A DNA stretch of 64,000 nucleotides from positions 576,001-640,000 of the forward strand of contig CAVSGI010000010.1 in the NCBI GenBank assembly GCA_963727445.1. The letters run 5' to 3'. Made by a program: the position numbers and the translations under genes. Each line of letters opens with the position of its first letter. Within the stretch, counting starts at the first letter, position 1. Below, piece after piece: positions 9,364 to 19,356 of this stretch. Below the pieces are notes generated by a model. The model saw nothing but the letters and a program-made list of their open reading frames with translations. It had not been told where the DNA came from and searched no databases. This DNA comes from an uncultured delta proteobacterium. GTDB lineage: Bacteria > Myxococcota_A > Polyangia > Polyangiales > B10-G4.

Positions 9364-11109
9364 ATGCTCCGCATGACCACACAACAAGCCGTGTCGAGCG
9401 CGTCCCCTTCCGAAACGCCTCGCGCCGAGCTCGACGCGATCGTCTCCAAGCTCGCGGCGGCTGCGCCGGCGTGGGCGGACAAGAGCCCCAGCGAGATCGC
9501 CGACCTCCTCGTGGCCATACGGGGCCGCGTGATGGACGTCGCGGCCGACTGGGTCGAGGACGCGCGCGAGGCGAAGGGCCTCGCCGCCGACTCGCCTCTC
9601 GTCGGGGAGGAGTGGATCAGCGGCCCCTGGGCATTGCTCGCCGGCCTCAACGGTCTCATTCACACGCTCCGCGCGGTCGCCGCGGGCAAGGATCCCCTCG
9701 CGGGTCAGAAGGTGACGACGCGGCCCGATGGTCAGGTCGTGGTGCAGGTGCTGCCCGCCACGGTCTGGGACACCATCCTGCTCAACGGCTTCCACGCAGA
9801 GGTCTGGCAACAGCCGGAGGTCACGCGAGAGAACCTCCGGAAGCACGTCGCCGAGCGCTTCCAGCGCAAGGGCACGAAGGCGGCCGTGAGCCTGATCCTC
9901 GGCGCGGGGAACATCAACAGCATCCCGCCCCTCGACGCGCTCTACAAGCTCGTCGCCGAGGGCGAGGTCTGCATCGTCAAGCTCAACCCGATCAACGACT
10001 ACCTGGCGCCTCACCTCACGCACATCTTCGCGCCGGTCGCCGATTACTGCGTCTACGTCAAAGGCGAGGGATCGGTCGGGGCGTACCTCTCGACGCATGC
10101 CGGCGTCGACTCGATGCACATCACCGGGAGCGGCCGAACCCACGACGCGATCGTCTTCGGTACCGGCGAGGAGGGAGCGAAACGGAAGGCGGCCAACGAG
10201 CCTTTGAACCCCCGCCCGATGACGAGCGAGCTCGGTGGCGTCGGTCCCACGATCGTCGTCCCCGGCGATTGGAGCGAAGCGGACTTCCACTTCCAGGCCG
10301 AGAACCTGGTCACCCAGAAGCTCCACAACGCGGGCTGCAACTGCATCGCCTCGCAGATCCTCATCCTCCCCGACGGGTGGTCCGGCACCGACGCGCTCCT
10401 TCGGGCGATCGAAGAGGTCGTCGCGAAGATCGACAGCCGTCCCGCGTACTACCGAGGCAACGACGCGCGGATCGGTGGATTCCTCGAACATTACCCTGAC
10501 GCGACGCGTCTCGGCGCCTCCCCCGAGCTCATCCTCGCCCAAGGGCTCGACCCGAGCGCGGACGAATACTGTTTCACCGAGGAGGCCTTCGGGAAGTTCT
10601 GGGGCGTGGTGCGCCTGGCGGAGAGCGAGCCCGAGGCATTCCTCTCGGCCGCCGTCGACTTCGCGAACGACAAGCTCATGGGCACCCTCGGCGCCCAGCT
10701 CGTGATCCACCCGTCGACCGAAGAGGCGCACGCCGCGGCGCTCGACCGGGCGCTCGCCGATCTTCGCTATGGCACCATCGCCGTGAACGCGTGGAGCGGC
10801 GTCGGCTTCCTCGTTCCGGGCGCGATGTGGGGTGCGTTCCCAGGGCATCCGCTCAACGACGTCCAGAGCGGCATCGGAGTGGTGCACAACGCCTTTCTCT
10901 TCGACCGTCCCCAGAAGACAGTGGTCCGCGCACCGTTCTGGGAGTTTCCGCGAACCCTCCTCGGCGGCCGCTTCCATTGGTCGCCCAAGCCCTTCTGGTT
11001 CGTGACCCACGGAAAGGCGGACTCCGTCGGCCGCAACGCCGCGAAGTTCGAGGCGACGCGCAACGTGGCGCTCCTCGCCCCCATCTTCGGCGGCGCGCTG
11101 ACCGGCTGA
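9364..11109 (+). CDS. Aldehyde dehydrogenase family protein
   Basis: HITGSGRT, SELGGVGP, NAGCNCIA (catalytic Cys), EEAFG, YGTIAVN motifs. Confidence 0.9.
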   Translation: MLRMTTQQAVSSASPSETPRAELDAIVSKLAAAAPAWADKSPSEIADLLVAIRGRVMDVAADWVEDAREAKGLAADSPLVGEEWISGPWALLAGLNGLIHTLRAVAAGKDPLAGQKVTTRPDGQVVVQVLPATVWDTILLNGFHAEVWQQPEVTRENLRKHVAERFQRKGTKAAVSLILGAGNINSIPPLDALYKLVAEGEVCIVKLNPINDYLAPHLTHIFAPVADYCVYVKGEGSVGAYLSTHAGVDSMHITGSGRTHDAIVFGTGEEGAKRKAANEPLNPRPMTSELGGVGPTIVVPGDWSEADFHFQAENLVTQKLHNAGCNCIASQILILPDGWSGTDALLRAIEEVVAKIDSRPAYYRGNDARIGGFLEHYPDATRLGASPELILAQGLDPSADEYCFTEEAFGKFWGVVRLAESEPEAFLSAAVDFANDKLMGTLGAQLVIHPSTEEAHAAALDRALADLRYGTIAVNAWSGVGFLVPGAMWGAFPGHPLNDVQSGIGVVHNAFLFDRPQKTVVRAPFWEFPRTLLGGRFHWSPKPFWFVTHGKADSVGRNAAKFEATRNVALLAPIFGGALTG

Positions 11110-11240
11110 GGGCCAATCACCGGGCGCCTTCGCGCCGGATCACTTCGTACGCGCTCGGGGAAGCCCCCGCGACCAGGACGGGGCGACATCGTGGACGTGA
11201 CGTCCACGATGCGGAGCACCCTGGTCGGACCGCGGCGCCT

Positions 11241-11789
11241 TCACGCGGCCTTGGTGTTGGCCTGCGAAACGGCCTGCACCTCGAGCTCGATGGTGACGCG
11301 CTCGCCGACGAGGAGTCCGCCGGTCTCGAGCGCCTGGTTCCAGGCGAGGCCGAAGTCCTTGCGGTCGATCCCCGTGGTCGCCGTGAAGGCGACGCGCTCG
11401 TTGCCCCAGGGGTCCTTGCCCCGGCCGCCGTACTCGGCGTCGAGGACGACCTCCTTGGTGACTCCGTGGATGGTGAGGTCGCCGTAGACCCGAAACGAGT
11501 CCTTGCCCGCCGCTTCGATGCGGCTGCTCTCGAAGGTGAGCTTCGGGAAGCGCTCCACATCGAAGAAGTCCGCCGAGCGGAGGTGGTTGTCCCTGTCGGC
11601 CACGTCGGTGTCGATGCTCGCGGCGTCGATCTCCACGCGGACCTCGGACTTCGTCAGATCCGCCTCGTTCAGGACCAGGGTTCCATTCCACTTCGTGAAG
11701 CGTCCTCGCACCTTGGCGATGACCATGTGCCGGACGGAGAAGCCCACCTGGGAGTGGGTCGCGTCGATCTTCCAGTTGTTCGTTTCCAT
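11241..11789 (-). CDS. yceI: YceI family (polyisoprenoid-binding) protein
   Basis: WKIDATHSQVGFSVRHM, RDNHLRSADFFDVE, GDLTIHGVTK. Confidence 0.93.
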   Translation of the reverse strand: METNNWKIDATHSQVGFSVRHMVIAKVRGRFTKWNGTLVLNEADLTKSEVRVEIDAASIDTDVADRDNHLRSADFFDVERFPKLTFESSRIEAAGKDSFRVYGDLTIHGVTKEVVLDAEYGGRGKDPWGNERVAFTATTGIDRKDFGLAWNQALETGGLLVGERVTIELEVQAVSQANTKAA

Positions 11790-11866
11790 TTCGTTTTCTC
11801 CCTTTCGCGAACGCTGAAGAGATAAGACTGTTCCGCTCAGTCGATTAGAGGGTTAGATCTGGATGG

Positions 11867-11888
11867 ACTGTCCCGTCAGCGGGATAGT
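11867..11888. promoter_or_regulatory. Inverted repeat, probable LysR binding box between divergent yceI and lysR
   Basis: ACTGTCCCG-TCAG-CGGGATAGT dyad in the 112-bp divergent intergenic region. Confidence 0.5.
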
Positions 11889-11901
11889 TTGGAGAAGCGC
11901 C

Positions 11902-12801
11902 ATGGATCTCAACGCGATCGCCATCTTCGCCAAGGTCATCGACGCTGGGAGCTTCGTCGGGGCTTCGCGCGCCCTCGGCATCCCCAAGTCGACGGTCAGC
12001 CGAAAGGTCTCCGAGCTCGAGGAGGAGCTCGGTGCGCGGCTGCTGCAGCGGACGACGCGCACCCTCCACCTCACGGACGCGGGCGAAGCCTTTCATCGCC
12101 ACGCCGTGCGCGTGCTCGCCGAGGTCGAGGAGGCCGAGCGCGCAGTGACCTTCCTGCAGGACGTCCCGCGCGGCGTCCTTCGCGTCACCACGCCTCTCAG
12201 CTTCGGATTCTTCGGCCCCATCATCGGGTGCTTCCTGACGCTCCATCCGGAGGTGCGCGCCGAGATCATCTGCACCGACCGCCTCGTCGATCTCGTGCAA
12301 GAGGGCTTCGACGTCGCGATCCGCACCGGCACCCTCGCCGACTCGTCGTTGATCGCGCGGAGCCTCGGAACGCTGAAGAGCTACGTCGTCGCCACGCCGG
12401 ACTTCTTCGAGGCCCACGGCGTGCCCGAATCCCCGGAGGACCTCGCCCGTTTCGACGCCGTGGTCTTCGGGGTCGGCATGAGCAACGCGACCTGGCGGCT
12501 CTTCGCCGACGGGCAGACCACCTACGTCGAGGTGAAGCCTCGCCTGATCGTCAACGACCCCGAGCTCTTGATCGCCTCTGTCCTCGAGGGCGTCGGCATC
12601 GGGCTCGTGCCCGCCCACCTCTGCGTCGACCACCTGCGCTCGGGGCGCTTGCGGCGTGTCCTCGCCGATTACTGTTCACCGTCGATTCCGGTCTCCGCCG
12701 TCTACCCGAGCACACGCCACATCTCGCCGAAGGTGAAAGCCTTCCTCGACCACCTCTCCGAAGGCATGAACCCGCCCCCGTGGGAGGTCGAGGCGGGGTG
12801 A
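11902..12801 (+). CDS. LysR family transcriptional regulator (CrgA-like)
   Basis: MDLNAIAIFAKV...GSF..ASRALGIPKSTVSR HTH; DLVQEGFDVAIR; divergent from yceI. Confidence 0.95.
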   Translation: MDLNAIAIFAKVIDAGSFVGASRALGIPKSTVSRKVSELEEELGARLLQRTTRTLHLTDAGEAFHRHAVRVLAEVEEAERAVTFLQDVPRGVLRVTTPLSFGFFGPIIGCFLTLHPEVRAEIICTDRLVDLVQEGFDVAIRTGTLADSSLIARSLGTLKSYVVATPDFFEAHGVPESPEDLARFDAVVFGVGMSNATWRLFADGQTTYVEVKPRLIVNDPELLIASVLEGVGIGLVPAHLCVDHLRSGRLRRVLADYCSPSIPVSAVYPSTRHISPKVKAFLDHLSEGMNPPPWEVEAG

Positions 12802-12838
12802 CCGCCCGAACTTCGTCGTGATCCGCAGAGCTCGGAGG

Positions 12839-12856
12839 ACGTCTCCGCGGAGACGT
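12839..12856. terminator. 18-bp perfect palindrome between convergent LysR genes (possible bidirectional terminator)
   Basis: ACGTCTCCGCGGAGACGT; no U-tract, so function uncertain. Confidence 0.35.
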
Positions 12857-12897
12857 TCCTGCGCTGTCACCGATGCCGTCCACTCAGAGCCGTGGGC

Positions 12898-13809
12898 TTA
12901 GCAGGCAGGACCGAGGGCGGACGGCAAGAAGCGGCTGTCCGAGGCCAAGTCGACGAAGGCGCGGACGCGCGGGGAGAGCTGGCGGCTCGACGGCCAGACG
13001 ATCCAGAGCGCGCTCGAGGGGAGGGTGTACTCGGGTAGGACGCGGACGAGGCCGTGGCCGCTGCTCTCGACGCGCTGGAAGAAGACGCCGATGCCTGCGC
13101 CGCGGTAGACGAGGTCGGAGAGGGTGGCGAAGTCGTTGACGATGATCGCTTCGCGCAGCGGGTAGCGGCGCGGCTCCTTCTCACCGGGGCCGATCAGCGG
13201 CAGGCCACCGCGCATCATCAGCGGGTGCGCCAGGCAATCGTGTTCGAGTAGCTCCTGGGGCGTACGCGGCGCGCCGGCGCGGTCGATGTAGCTCTGACTC
13301 GCGAAGAGCCCGACGCGCTCCTCGAGGAGCTTCTTGCCCATGAGCGTCGACGCGTCGCGGAGGATGGTCGCGTTCGGTCGAAGCGCCACGTCGAAGCCCT
13401 CTTCCACCAGGTCGACCACGCGGTTGGTGAGCGTCACGTCGACGCTCACCGCGGGATGGCGGGCGCGATACTCGATGAGAAGGCCGGTCAGGTTCGACTG
13501 TCGCGCGAGGTCGGGCGCGCACGTCAGCCGCAGCGTGCCGCGCGGCGCGCCGTCGCTCTCTCGGAGCTCCTGCTCCACGTCGAAGAGCTCGCGGAGCGCC
13601 ACCGAGCTTCGCGCAGCGAGGCGCTCGCCGTCGTCGGTCAGCGCGATGGCGCGACCCGAGCGGACGAGCAGAGACACCCCGAGCGCATCTTCCAGCCGGC
13701 TCACGCGCCGGCTCACCGTGGACTTCGGCACGTTCAGGGCGCGGGCCGCCCCGGCGAGCGTCCCATGCTCCGCCACCCGAACGAAGGTCGCGAGATCGCT
13801 CAGGTTCAT
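12898..13809 (-). CDS. LysR family transcriptional regulator (CrgA-like)
   Basis: MNLSDLATFVRVAEHG...KSTVSRRV; VDLVEEGFDVALR. Confidence 0.95.
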   Translation of the reverse strand: MNLSDLATFVRVAEHGTLAGAARALNVPKSTVSRRVSRLEDALGVSLLVRSGRAIALTDDGERLAARSSVALRELFDVEQELRESDGAPRGTLRLTCAPDLARQSNLTGLLIEYRARHPAVSVDVTLTNRVVDLVEEGFDVALRPNATILRDASTLMGKKLLEERVGLFASQSYIDRAGAPRTPQELLEHDCLAHPLMMRGGLPLIGPGEKEPRRYPLREAIIVNDFATLSDLVYRGAGIGVFFQRVESSGHGLVRVLPEYTLPSSALWIVWPSSRQLSPRVRAFVDLASDSRFLPSALGPAC

Positions 13810-14034
13810 GTCTGAGGTTGCGTGCTGGTAGGAAGGATGAACGGCCTCCTGCCGTGGGGCCAGCGGTGGCAGTCGACGTAATCGCTCCTTCTCGGAAACT
13901 CGGGCGTCCGGTGAAGGGGTTGGCTTCCGTGGAGGCTGGAAACCGGACGGTGCATGAAAGGTATGATGGCTCGATCTTCGCCCGCGCGTCGAGCCGCGGA
14001 CGCAGCGCGACGTCGACGACTCGAACGGAGCCGC

Positions 14035-15498
14035 TCAGGCGACGTCGAAGAAGAGGTCGTCGTCGTTGGGCGGTGCGCGTGCCGGGGCGGGCACGACGGG
14101 CTCTGCCGGGAGGTCGAGGCTCTCGAGGATGCGGCGGATGGTGGCCGGTCTCAGGATTGAGGCGACAAAGCGCATGCGGGCGTGGCACTTCGGGCATTCG
14201 AGCGAGTCGATGTCGAGGCCGCGACGCATGAGCTCGGCCCAGCTCGGGTTGTGACGCTTGCGTTTGGACGTGCTGTGCTTCGGGCCCTTGCCTGGCTCGG
14301 AGGGACGCCCGTACACAACGACCCGCCTGCGCAGCTTCGCGTTGGCCGCGAAGACGCCGTGGTAGAGGAGGAGATTCTTCTGGGGGCGTGGGACGAGGGC
14401 GGCGAGGCGCCCGAGGAGCTCGGTCGGCTCGAAGCTCAGGTGCGTGGTGCCGTCATCGTAGGGGGTCTTGAGGGTGAGCAGCACGCGATCGCCGCGGAGC
14501 TCGATGCGCGACTCCGAAACGGGGGGCCGGAGCAGGTAGCGGCAGATGCGCTCGAGACGTGGGCGGTTCTTGCCGCGCACGGCGGTGTTGGCGTGCAGGT
14601 CGAAGCCGTCCTGGCGAGCGCGGCGGCGGCCGAGGACTTTCGGTGACGTCTTGGGCGGAGCGGTCCGGATGCGGCGCGTGGAGAGAAGTGCCCGCGGACC
14701 GGTGAGCGCGACCTGCTGGATGGCGGCAGCGCCGAGGCGCTCGTGAAGGGTGGGATCGACGTAGTCCGTTCCGTCGTCGCCCTCCCGCCAGACGCCGCGG
14801 CGGATCAACAGGCGCCGCAGACGCGCGACGAGGGTGGTGAGCAGGGCCGCGACCTCCTCGTCGGTCGGGGGCGGCAGACGGTGAAAGCGGACGGAACCAT
14901 CGGACGCCTCGAGGAACACCCCATCCGGGATCAGCGTGTGGAAGTGCGGATTGAGATTGAGCGCGCCGCCGAAGCGCTGGATGACTGTGACGCTGCCGGC
15001 CTGTCCCCCTGGATGACCACGCTTCTTCGCGCGGTCCCGGAGGAAGCCGAAGATCGCCCGCGTGAAGACGGCGAGGACGGCGCGACCGAGCTCGTGGTCG
15101 AAGGCGAGACGATAGCGGAGCTCGAAGGGGAGGCTGAGCACCCATTGCCGCATGCGGACCGGTGGTAGGACCTCGTCGACCAGGTGCGCGGCCTGCGCGG
15201 TCATGCGTCGGCCGCCGCAGGAAGGGCAGAAACCGCGACCCTTGCAGCTGAACGCTACGAGGCGGTCCGTGCCGCACGCGTCGCAGCGAAAGCGCGCGAA
15301 GCCGTGCGCGAGGACGCCGCATTCGAGGAAGCGCCGGAGCTCAGCCTCGACGAAAGCCGGAACACCGACGCCGTCCCGGTCCGTGGTCCGGGTCTCCGCC
15401 AGGAACGTCTCGAGGTGCTCACGGACCGTCTGGTGCAGAGCGGAGCGCTCGCGGTCGCGGCGGGCATACTTCCGCGACGTCGACGAGAGGCGCTGCAC
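14035..15498 (-). CDS. IS91-family transposase (zinc-binding domain + Y2 HUH domain)
   Basis: FLECG..AHGFAR..C..C, SCKGRGFCPSCGGRRM, RQWVLSLP, NLNPHFH (HUH), ERICRYLLRPP, YHGVFA, CPKC. Confidence 0.92.
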   Translation of the reverse strand: MQRLSSTSRKYARRDRERSALHQTVREHLETFLAETRTTDRDGVGVPAFVEAELRRFLECGVLAHGFARFRCDACGTDRLVAFSCKGRGFCPSCGGRRMTAQAAHLVDEVLPPVRMRQWVLSLPFELRYRLAFDHELGRAVLAVFTRAIFGFLRDRAKKRGHPGGQAGSVTVIQRFGGALNLNPHFHTLIPDGVFLEASDGSVRFHRLPPPTDEEVAALLTTLVARLRRLLIRRGVWREGDDGTDYVDPTLHERLGAAAIQQVALTGPRALLSTRRIRTAPPKTSPKVLGRRRARQDGFDLHANTAVRGKNRPRLERICRYLLRPPVSESRIELRGDRVLLTLKTPYDDGTTHLSFEPTELLGRLAALVPRPQKNLLLYHGVFAANAKLRRRVVVYGRPSEPGKGPKHSTSKRKRHNPSWAELMRRGLDIDSLECPKCHARMRFVASILRPATIRRILESLDLPAEPVVPAPARAPPNDDDLFFDVA

Positions 15499-15509
15499 GC
15501 ACGCGGCTC

Positions 15510-15525
15510 GGCAACATCTGTGCCC
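15510..15525 (-). promoter_or_regulatory. Putative sigma54 promoter of the transposase
   Basis: Minus strand GGGCACAGATGTTGCC (GG-N10-GC with TTGC), -12 element about 12 nt before the GTG at 15498. Confidence 0.55.
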
Positions 15526-15805
15526 GCATCACGGTCAGTGATTGTCGGCAGTTGCGCCGCCGAATCGGCGACCCGCCGCCGCGCCGCCGGCGGACGCCAT
15601 TCGCGAGCCCCGCTCAATACCCCGCGAGCCGATACAGCCGCGCGCAGATCGAGTCGAGTCGTGGATCGAATCGGGTGACGATGTCGGCCGCATCCCCGCT
15701 CGCAAACCAAGAGGGTCGAGCCCCCCCCTCGAACCGGTCGGCGGCGAAGTGCTGGCGAGTGTTCTTGGCGAGAATGCGCGTCGATGCACGCTTGGCCGCC
15801 TCGGA

Positions 15806-16468
15806 TCACTCCTGGCGTAGTGACACGATCTCGCCGCGCCAATACGAAAACTCTCCGTCGGGGAGCAACCAGGCGACCTCTCCCCGGGTCGGCACGTGGA
15901 GCCCATCGAGCTCCGCGTAGGCGTGAAAGCGTCCCTCCCAGGAACGTGGGCCTTCGTCTCCGTGGGGGCGGTTGTCGCAGAAGGTCCGCACGACATCGCC
16001 GGCATCGTCCAAGAAGAGATTGACGTAGGTCTCCGGCTCACCGTGCCAGACGCGTACGGAGCTTTCGGCTCGTTCTTCGTAATGGAGCGCGGAGTTGAAG
16101 CGCAGGGCCCCGGGATTCCACGGGAGCTCGGCGAGGTAGCGCTGCGCCTCCCCCCGATCGAAGTCCGCGCCCTCGCCGTGTGCGACCGGCAGCGCCCCCC
16201 AGATCTTCGCGTCGAGTCGGCCGTGTCCTTCTTCGAACGCATCCTCGACGACGGCCGTCACGAAGGGCGCCATCTTGACGCGCGCATGCCAACAGAAAGC
16301 GACCTCCCCGACGGCTGCCCAGTGCTCGGCGGTGAAGGTCAACCACTTCGCGCCCGGCTTCAGGCGCATCTCGCCGCGCTGCTCGAGGACGACGCGACGC
16401 GCATCTTCCTTCAGGCCGGTACTCTTGGCGAGGAACCTGGCGAGCGGCCCGGGAAGCGTGCGGGGCAT
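15806..16468 (-). CDS. DUF6544/DUF6920-like hypothetical protein
   Basis: QRGEMRLKPGAKW, RYLAELPWNP, VPTRGEVAW..PDG.F.YWRG motifs. Confidence 0.65.
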   Translation of the reverse strand: MPRTLPGPLARFLAKSTGLKEDARRVVLEQRGEMRLKPGAKWLTFTAEHWAAVGEVAFCWHARVKMAPFVTAVVEDAFEEGHGRLDAKIWGALPVAHGEGADFDRGEAQRYLAELPWNPGALRFNSALHYEERAESSVRVWHGEPETYVNLFLDDAGDVVRTFCDNRPHGDEGPRSWEGRFHAYAELDGLHVPTRGEVAWLLPDGEFSYWRGEIVSLRQE

Positions 16469-16529
16469 CGGCGCTTCTTAGCACGCTCCTGGCGTGACAC
16501 GAGGGACGCGTGACCTCTACTCTCCCAGT

Positions 16530-19344
16530 GTGCGTATCGCGCTCCTCTCGGGGCTCTTGCCCTTTCTTCTGCTAGCCGCGTGCGGGGACGACGGCTCCGT
16601 GATGGACAGCGGTCCCGTGGACGCGGGCCCTGACGCGCTCGACGCTGCGCCCGATGGGGATGCCGGGGTGGATTCGGCAGTCGATTCTGGTCCCGGGAAC
16701 GTGCCCTGCGCGCCCTGTCGCCGAGACGACGACTGTCCCGGCGAAGCGCTCTGCCTGGTGCTCGACGGCGGTGAGCGCGGTTGCGGGCTCCCGTGCACGG
16801 ATGCTTCGGAGTGCGCCGGGTTCGCCTGGGACATGGAGTGCGCCGAAGAGGTGCCCGGCCTCTCCCTTCAGTGCCGCCCCACGGCCGGCACCTGCGTGAC
16901 AGTCGAGCTCGGCGCCGCGTGCGGCAGCGACGCGGCCTGCGCAGGACGCTTCGATCGCTGCGTCGACGCCGATGGGCTCGGAGGGCGCTGCACCAGCGCG
17001 TGCACCGTCGACGCGGATTGCCCGGTCGGCGCTCATCGCTGTCGCGACGTCGACGGCGCGGGTCGCGTCTGCATCCTCGACGGGCTGCCAGCGGCCGAGC
17101 GGTGCGCGGCGCTGGTGCGTGCAGGCACTGCGGAGAGCTGCACGTCGGACGGTGATTGCGCGTCGGGCGCTTGTCTCGCGCTTCCCGGCGGCGACGGCGT
17201 CTGCGCCGTGCCCGCGCCGTGTGTGGCAGGCCCCGAGATCGCTCCGGGCCTCTGCGCGCCTTCGGCGCCAGCCGACGGCCCCATGGGAGCGCTGCTGAGC
17301 GATTGCGCCTGCTACGGCGCCGAGGTGCCCGGATCGCTCCTGGACGAAGCGATCGGCGCCCTCGATCGCGACCGATGCGACATGCATTGGCCGTCGTCGG
17401 TGATGAACCTGATCGTTCCGGAGATCACCCACGATCCCTTCCGCCTCAGCTTCACCGATCGGGTCCTGGGCGACTGGTCCTCGGCTGTGCCCTTCGCCGA
17501 GCAGGTGACAGCGGACCTCGATGCGCCCGACCTCGGCGCCGTCATCGCGCGCGCGAGCGCGTGGATCGATCTCTCGGAGCCCGACGTCACGCCGGTGACC
17601 GCCAGCGATCTCGGCGACGCGCTCGTGCAGCTCGTCGAAGCCACCGGCGCTACGCCGGACCCGACCTCGATCCACGCACAGGCCGACGCCATGGCGCCGG
17701 AGCTCGCCGCGCGCCTCGCGCCCATCGTCGCCGCCGTGCGCGAAGCGGTCGTCGCCCGCGACGCGGCGGTGTCGCGCTTCGACGGCGACCTCGACCGCTA
17801 CTACGCCGGCGCGAGCGGCCTCTTCATCGCCGGCCCCGCCGCCCTCGACCTCCGCCGCAGCGAGGAAAAGGGCGCACTCCTCGGAGACGTGGACGTGGCC
17901 GCGATGACCGCCGCCGCGGCGCGCCTCGCCGCGACGATCGAAGCCGCGGATCTGTCATCAGCCCCAGCCGACGGTGGCGAGCTCACCCTCAACACGCCCA
18001 TCGGCCGCATCGCCGTGCGCGGCGAGACCGACCACGTCTACGAAAACGACAGCGACTGGTCCGAGACCCTGCTCCTCGTCGATCTCGGCGGCGACGACAC
18101 CTACCGAAGCTCCGCGGGCGCCACGGCGAGCGCCAACAACGGCGTCTCGGTGGTCATCGACGTCCGCGGCGCCGACACCTACGGCTACGACGAGGTGCCC
18201 GTGCCCGCCGACGACGGCCCCGCAGGCCACGCGCGCCTCCCCTCGGACGGCGCCGGACGACTGGCGACGCCGCCGCTGAGCCTCTCCAACGTCTCGCGAC
18301 AGGGCGTCGGGCGCCTGGGGATCGGCATGCTCTTCGACCTCGGCACGGATCCGGACAGCTATCGTTCGCTGCGATTCTCACAGGGCTATGGCGCGCTCGG
18401 CGTGGGTGTGCTCTTCGACGAAGGCGGCGACGACGACTACCACGCGGAAGCGGCGGCGCAGGGCGCCGGGAGCTTTCGGCGTCGGCCTCCTCGTCGACGG
18501 CGGCGGCAACAATCACTACACCGCCTATCACATGGCGCAGGGCTACGCTTTCGCGCGCGCGCTCGGGGGGCTCGTCGACCGCCAGGGTGACGACGTCTAC
18601 TTCCTGCACCCGAGCGACGTGCTCTATCCGAGCTCTCAGGACTCCACCGGCTCGAACGCGAGCCTCGGCCAGGGCGCGGGCTTCGGGCGCCGCGCCGACA
18701 TGGTCCCCGACCGCACCTTCATGAGCGGCGGCCTCGGCGTGCTGCGAGACGCCGACGGCGCCGACCAGTACACCTGCGCGATCTTCTGCCAGGCCACCGG
18801 CTATTGGTACGGCACCGGCGTCCTGAGCGACGGCGGCGGTGCCGACCACTACGACGGGCAGTGGTACGCCCAGAGCGGAAGCGCCCACTTCGCGCTCAGC
18901 GTCCTGCTCGAGGGCGGCGGCGACGACGTCTACAACATGACGGCCAGGCGACAGAACGTGACCGACGGCGGCGGACACGACTTCTCTCTCGCCGTCTTCG
19001 TCGACCGAAGCGGCGACGACCTCTATCGGGCGCCGGGTCTGAGCTTCGGCGCGGGCAACGCGGCGGGCACCGGCATCTTCGGTGACGCCTCGGGCACCGA
19101 CAGCTACGACGCCACGCGCGATCTGTGCCTCGGCAACGCCAGCATCGAGACGCCGGGCGACGCCCTCAGGCAGATGGCGAAGACCGTCGGCATCTTCCTC
19201 GAGGGCGACGGGACGGATAGCTACAGCCGGCCCGACGTCACGCCTGTCGCGAACGACGCGATCTGGCGGCAGCAGTGGCACGCCGACGAGCCCAGCGAGG
19301 AAGGCATCGGCGTGGACCGAGCGGCGACGCCCCTCGGTCTGTGA
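16530..19344 (+). CDS. Large Cys-rich lipoprotein with C-terminal GxGxLxDxxGDDxY repeats (frameshifted at ~18475)
   Basis: ORFs 16494..18590 and 18388..19344 join if one T is removed from AGCTTTCGGC (gives AQGAGSFGVGLLVDGGG); lipobox LAAC; many C-x-C modules. Confidence 0.7.
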
Positions 19345-19356
19345 GCGAACGCCCCG

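Larger units (their letters stand above)
13827..15734 (-). mobile_element. IS91/ISCR-family rolling-circle insertion sequence (boundaries inferred)
   Basis: Y2/HUH transposase gene; downstream minus-strand GCCGTTCATCCTTCCTACC (13845-13827) resembles the oriIS end motif GCGTTTGAACTTCCTATAC; upstream GTTC tetramer followed by a hairpin (15734-15712) resembles terIS; no terminal inverted repeats, as expected for the family. Confidence 0.6.

Noticed and set aside
7540..11010. Very long antisense ORFs (e.g. 7540..11010, 26323..29160, 38249..41137, 54302..56803)
   Set aside because: Typical stop-poor shadow frames of high-GC genes; no motifs, and they overlap well-supported genes.
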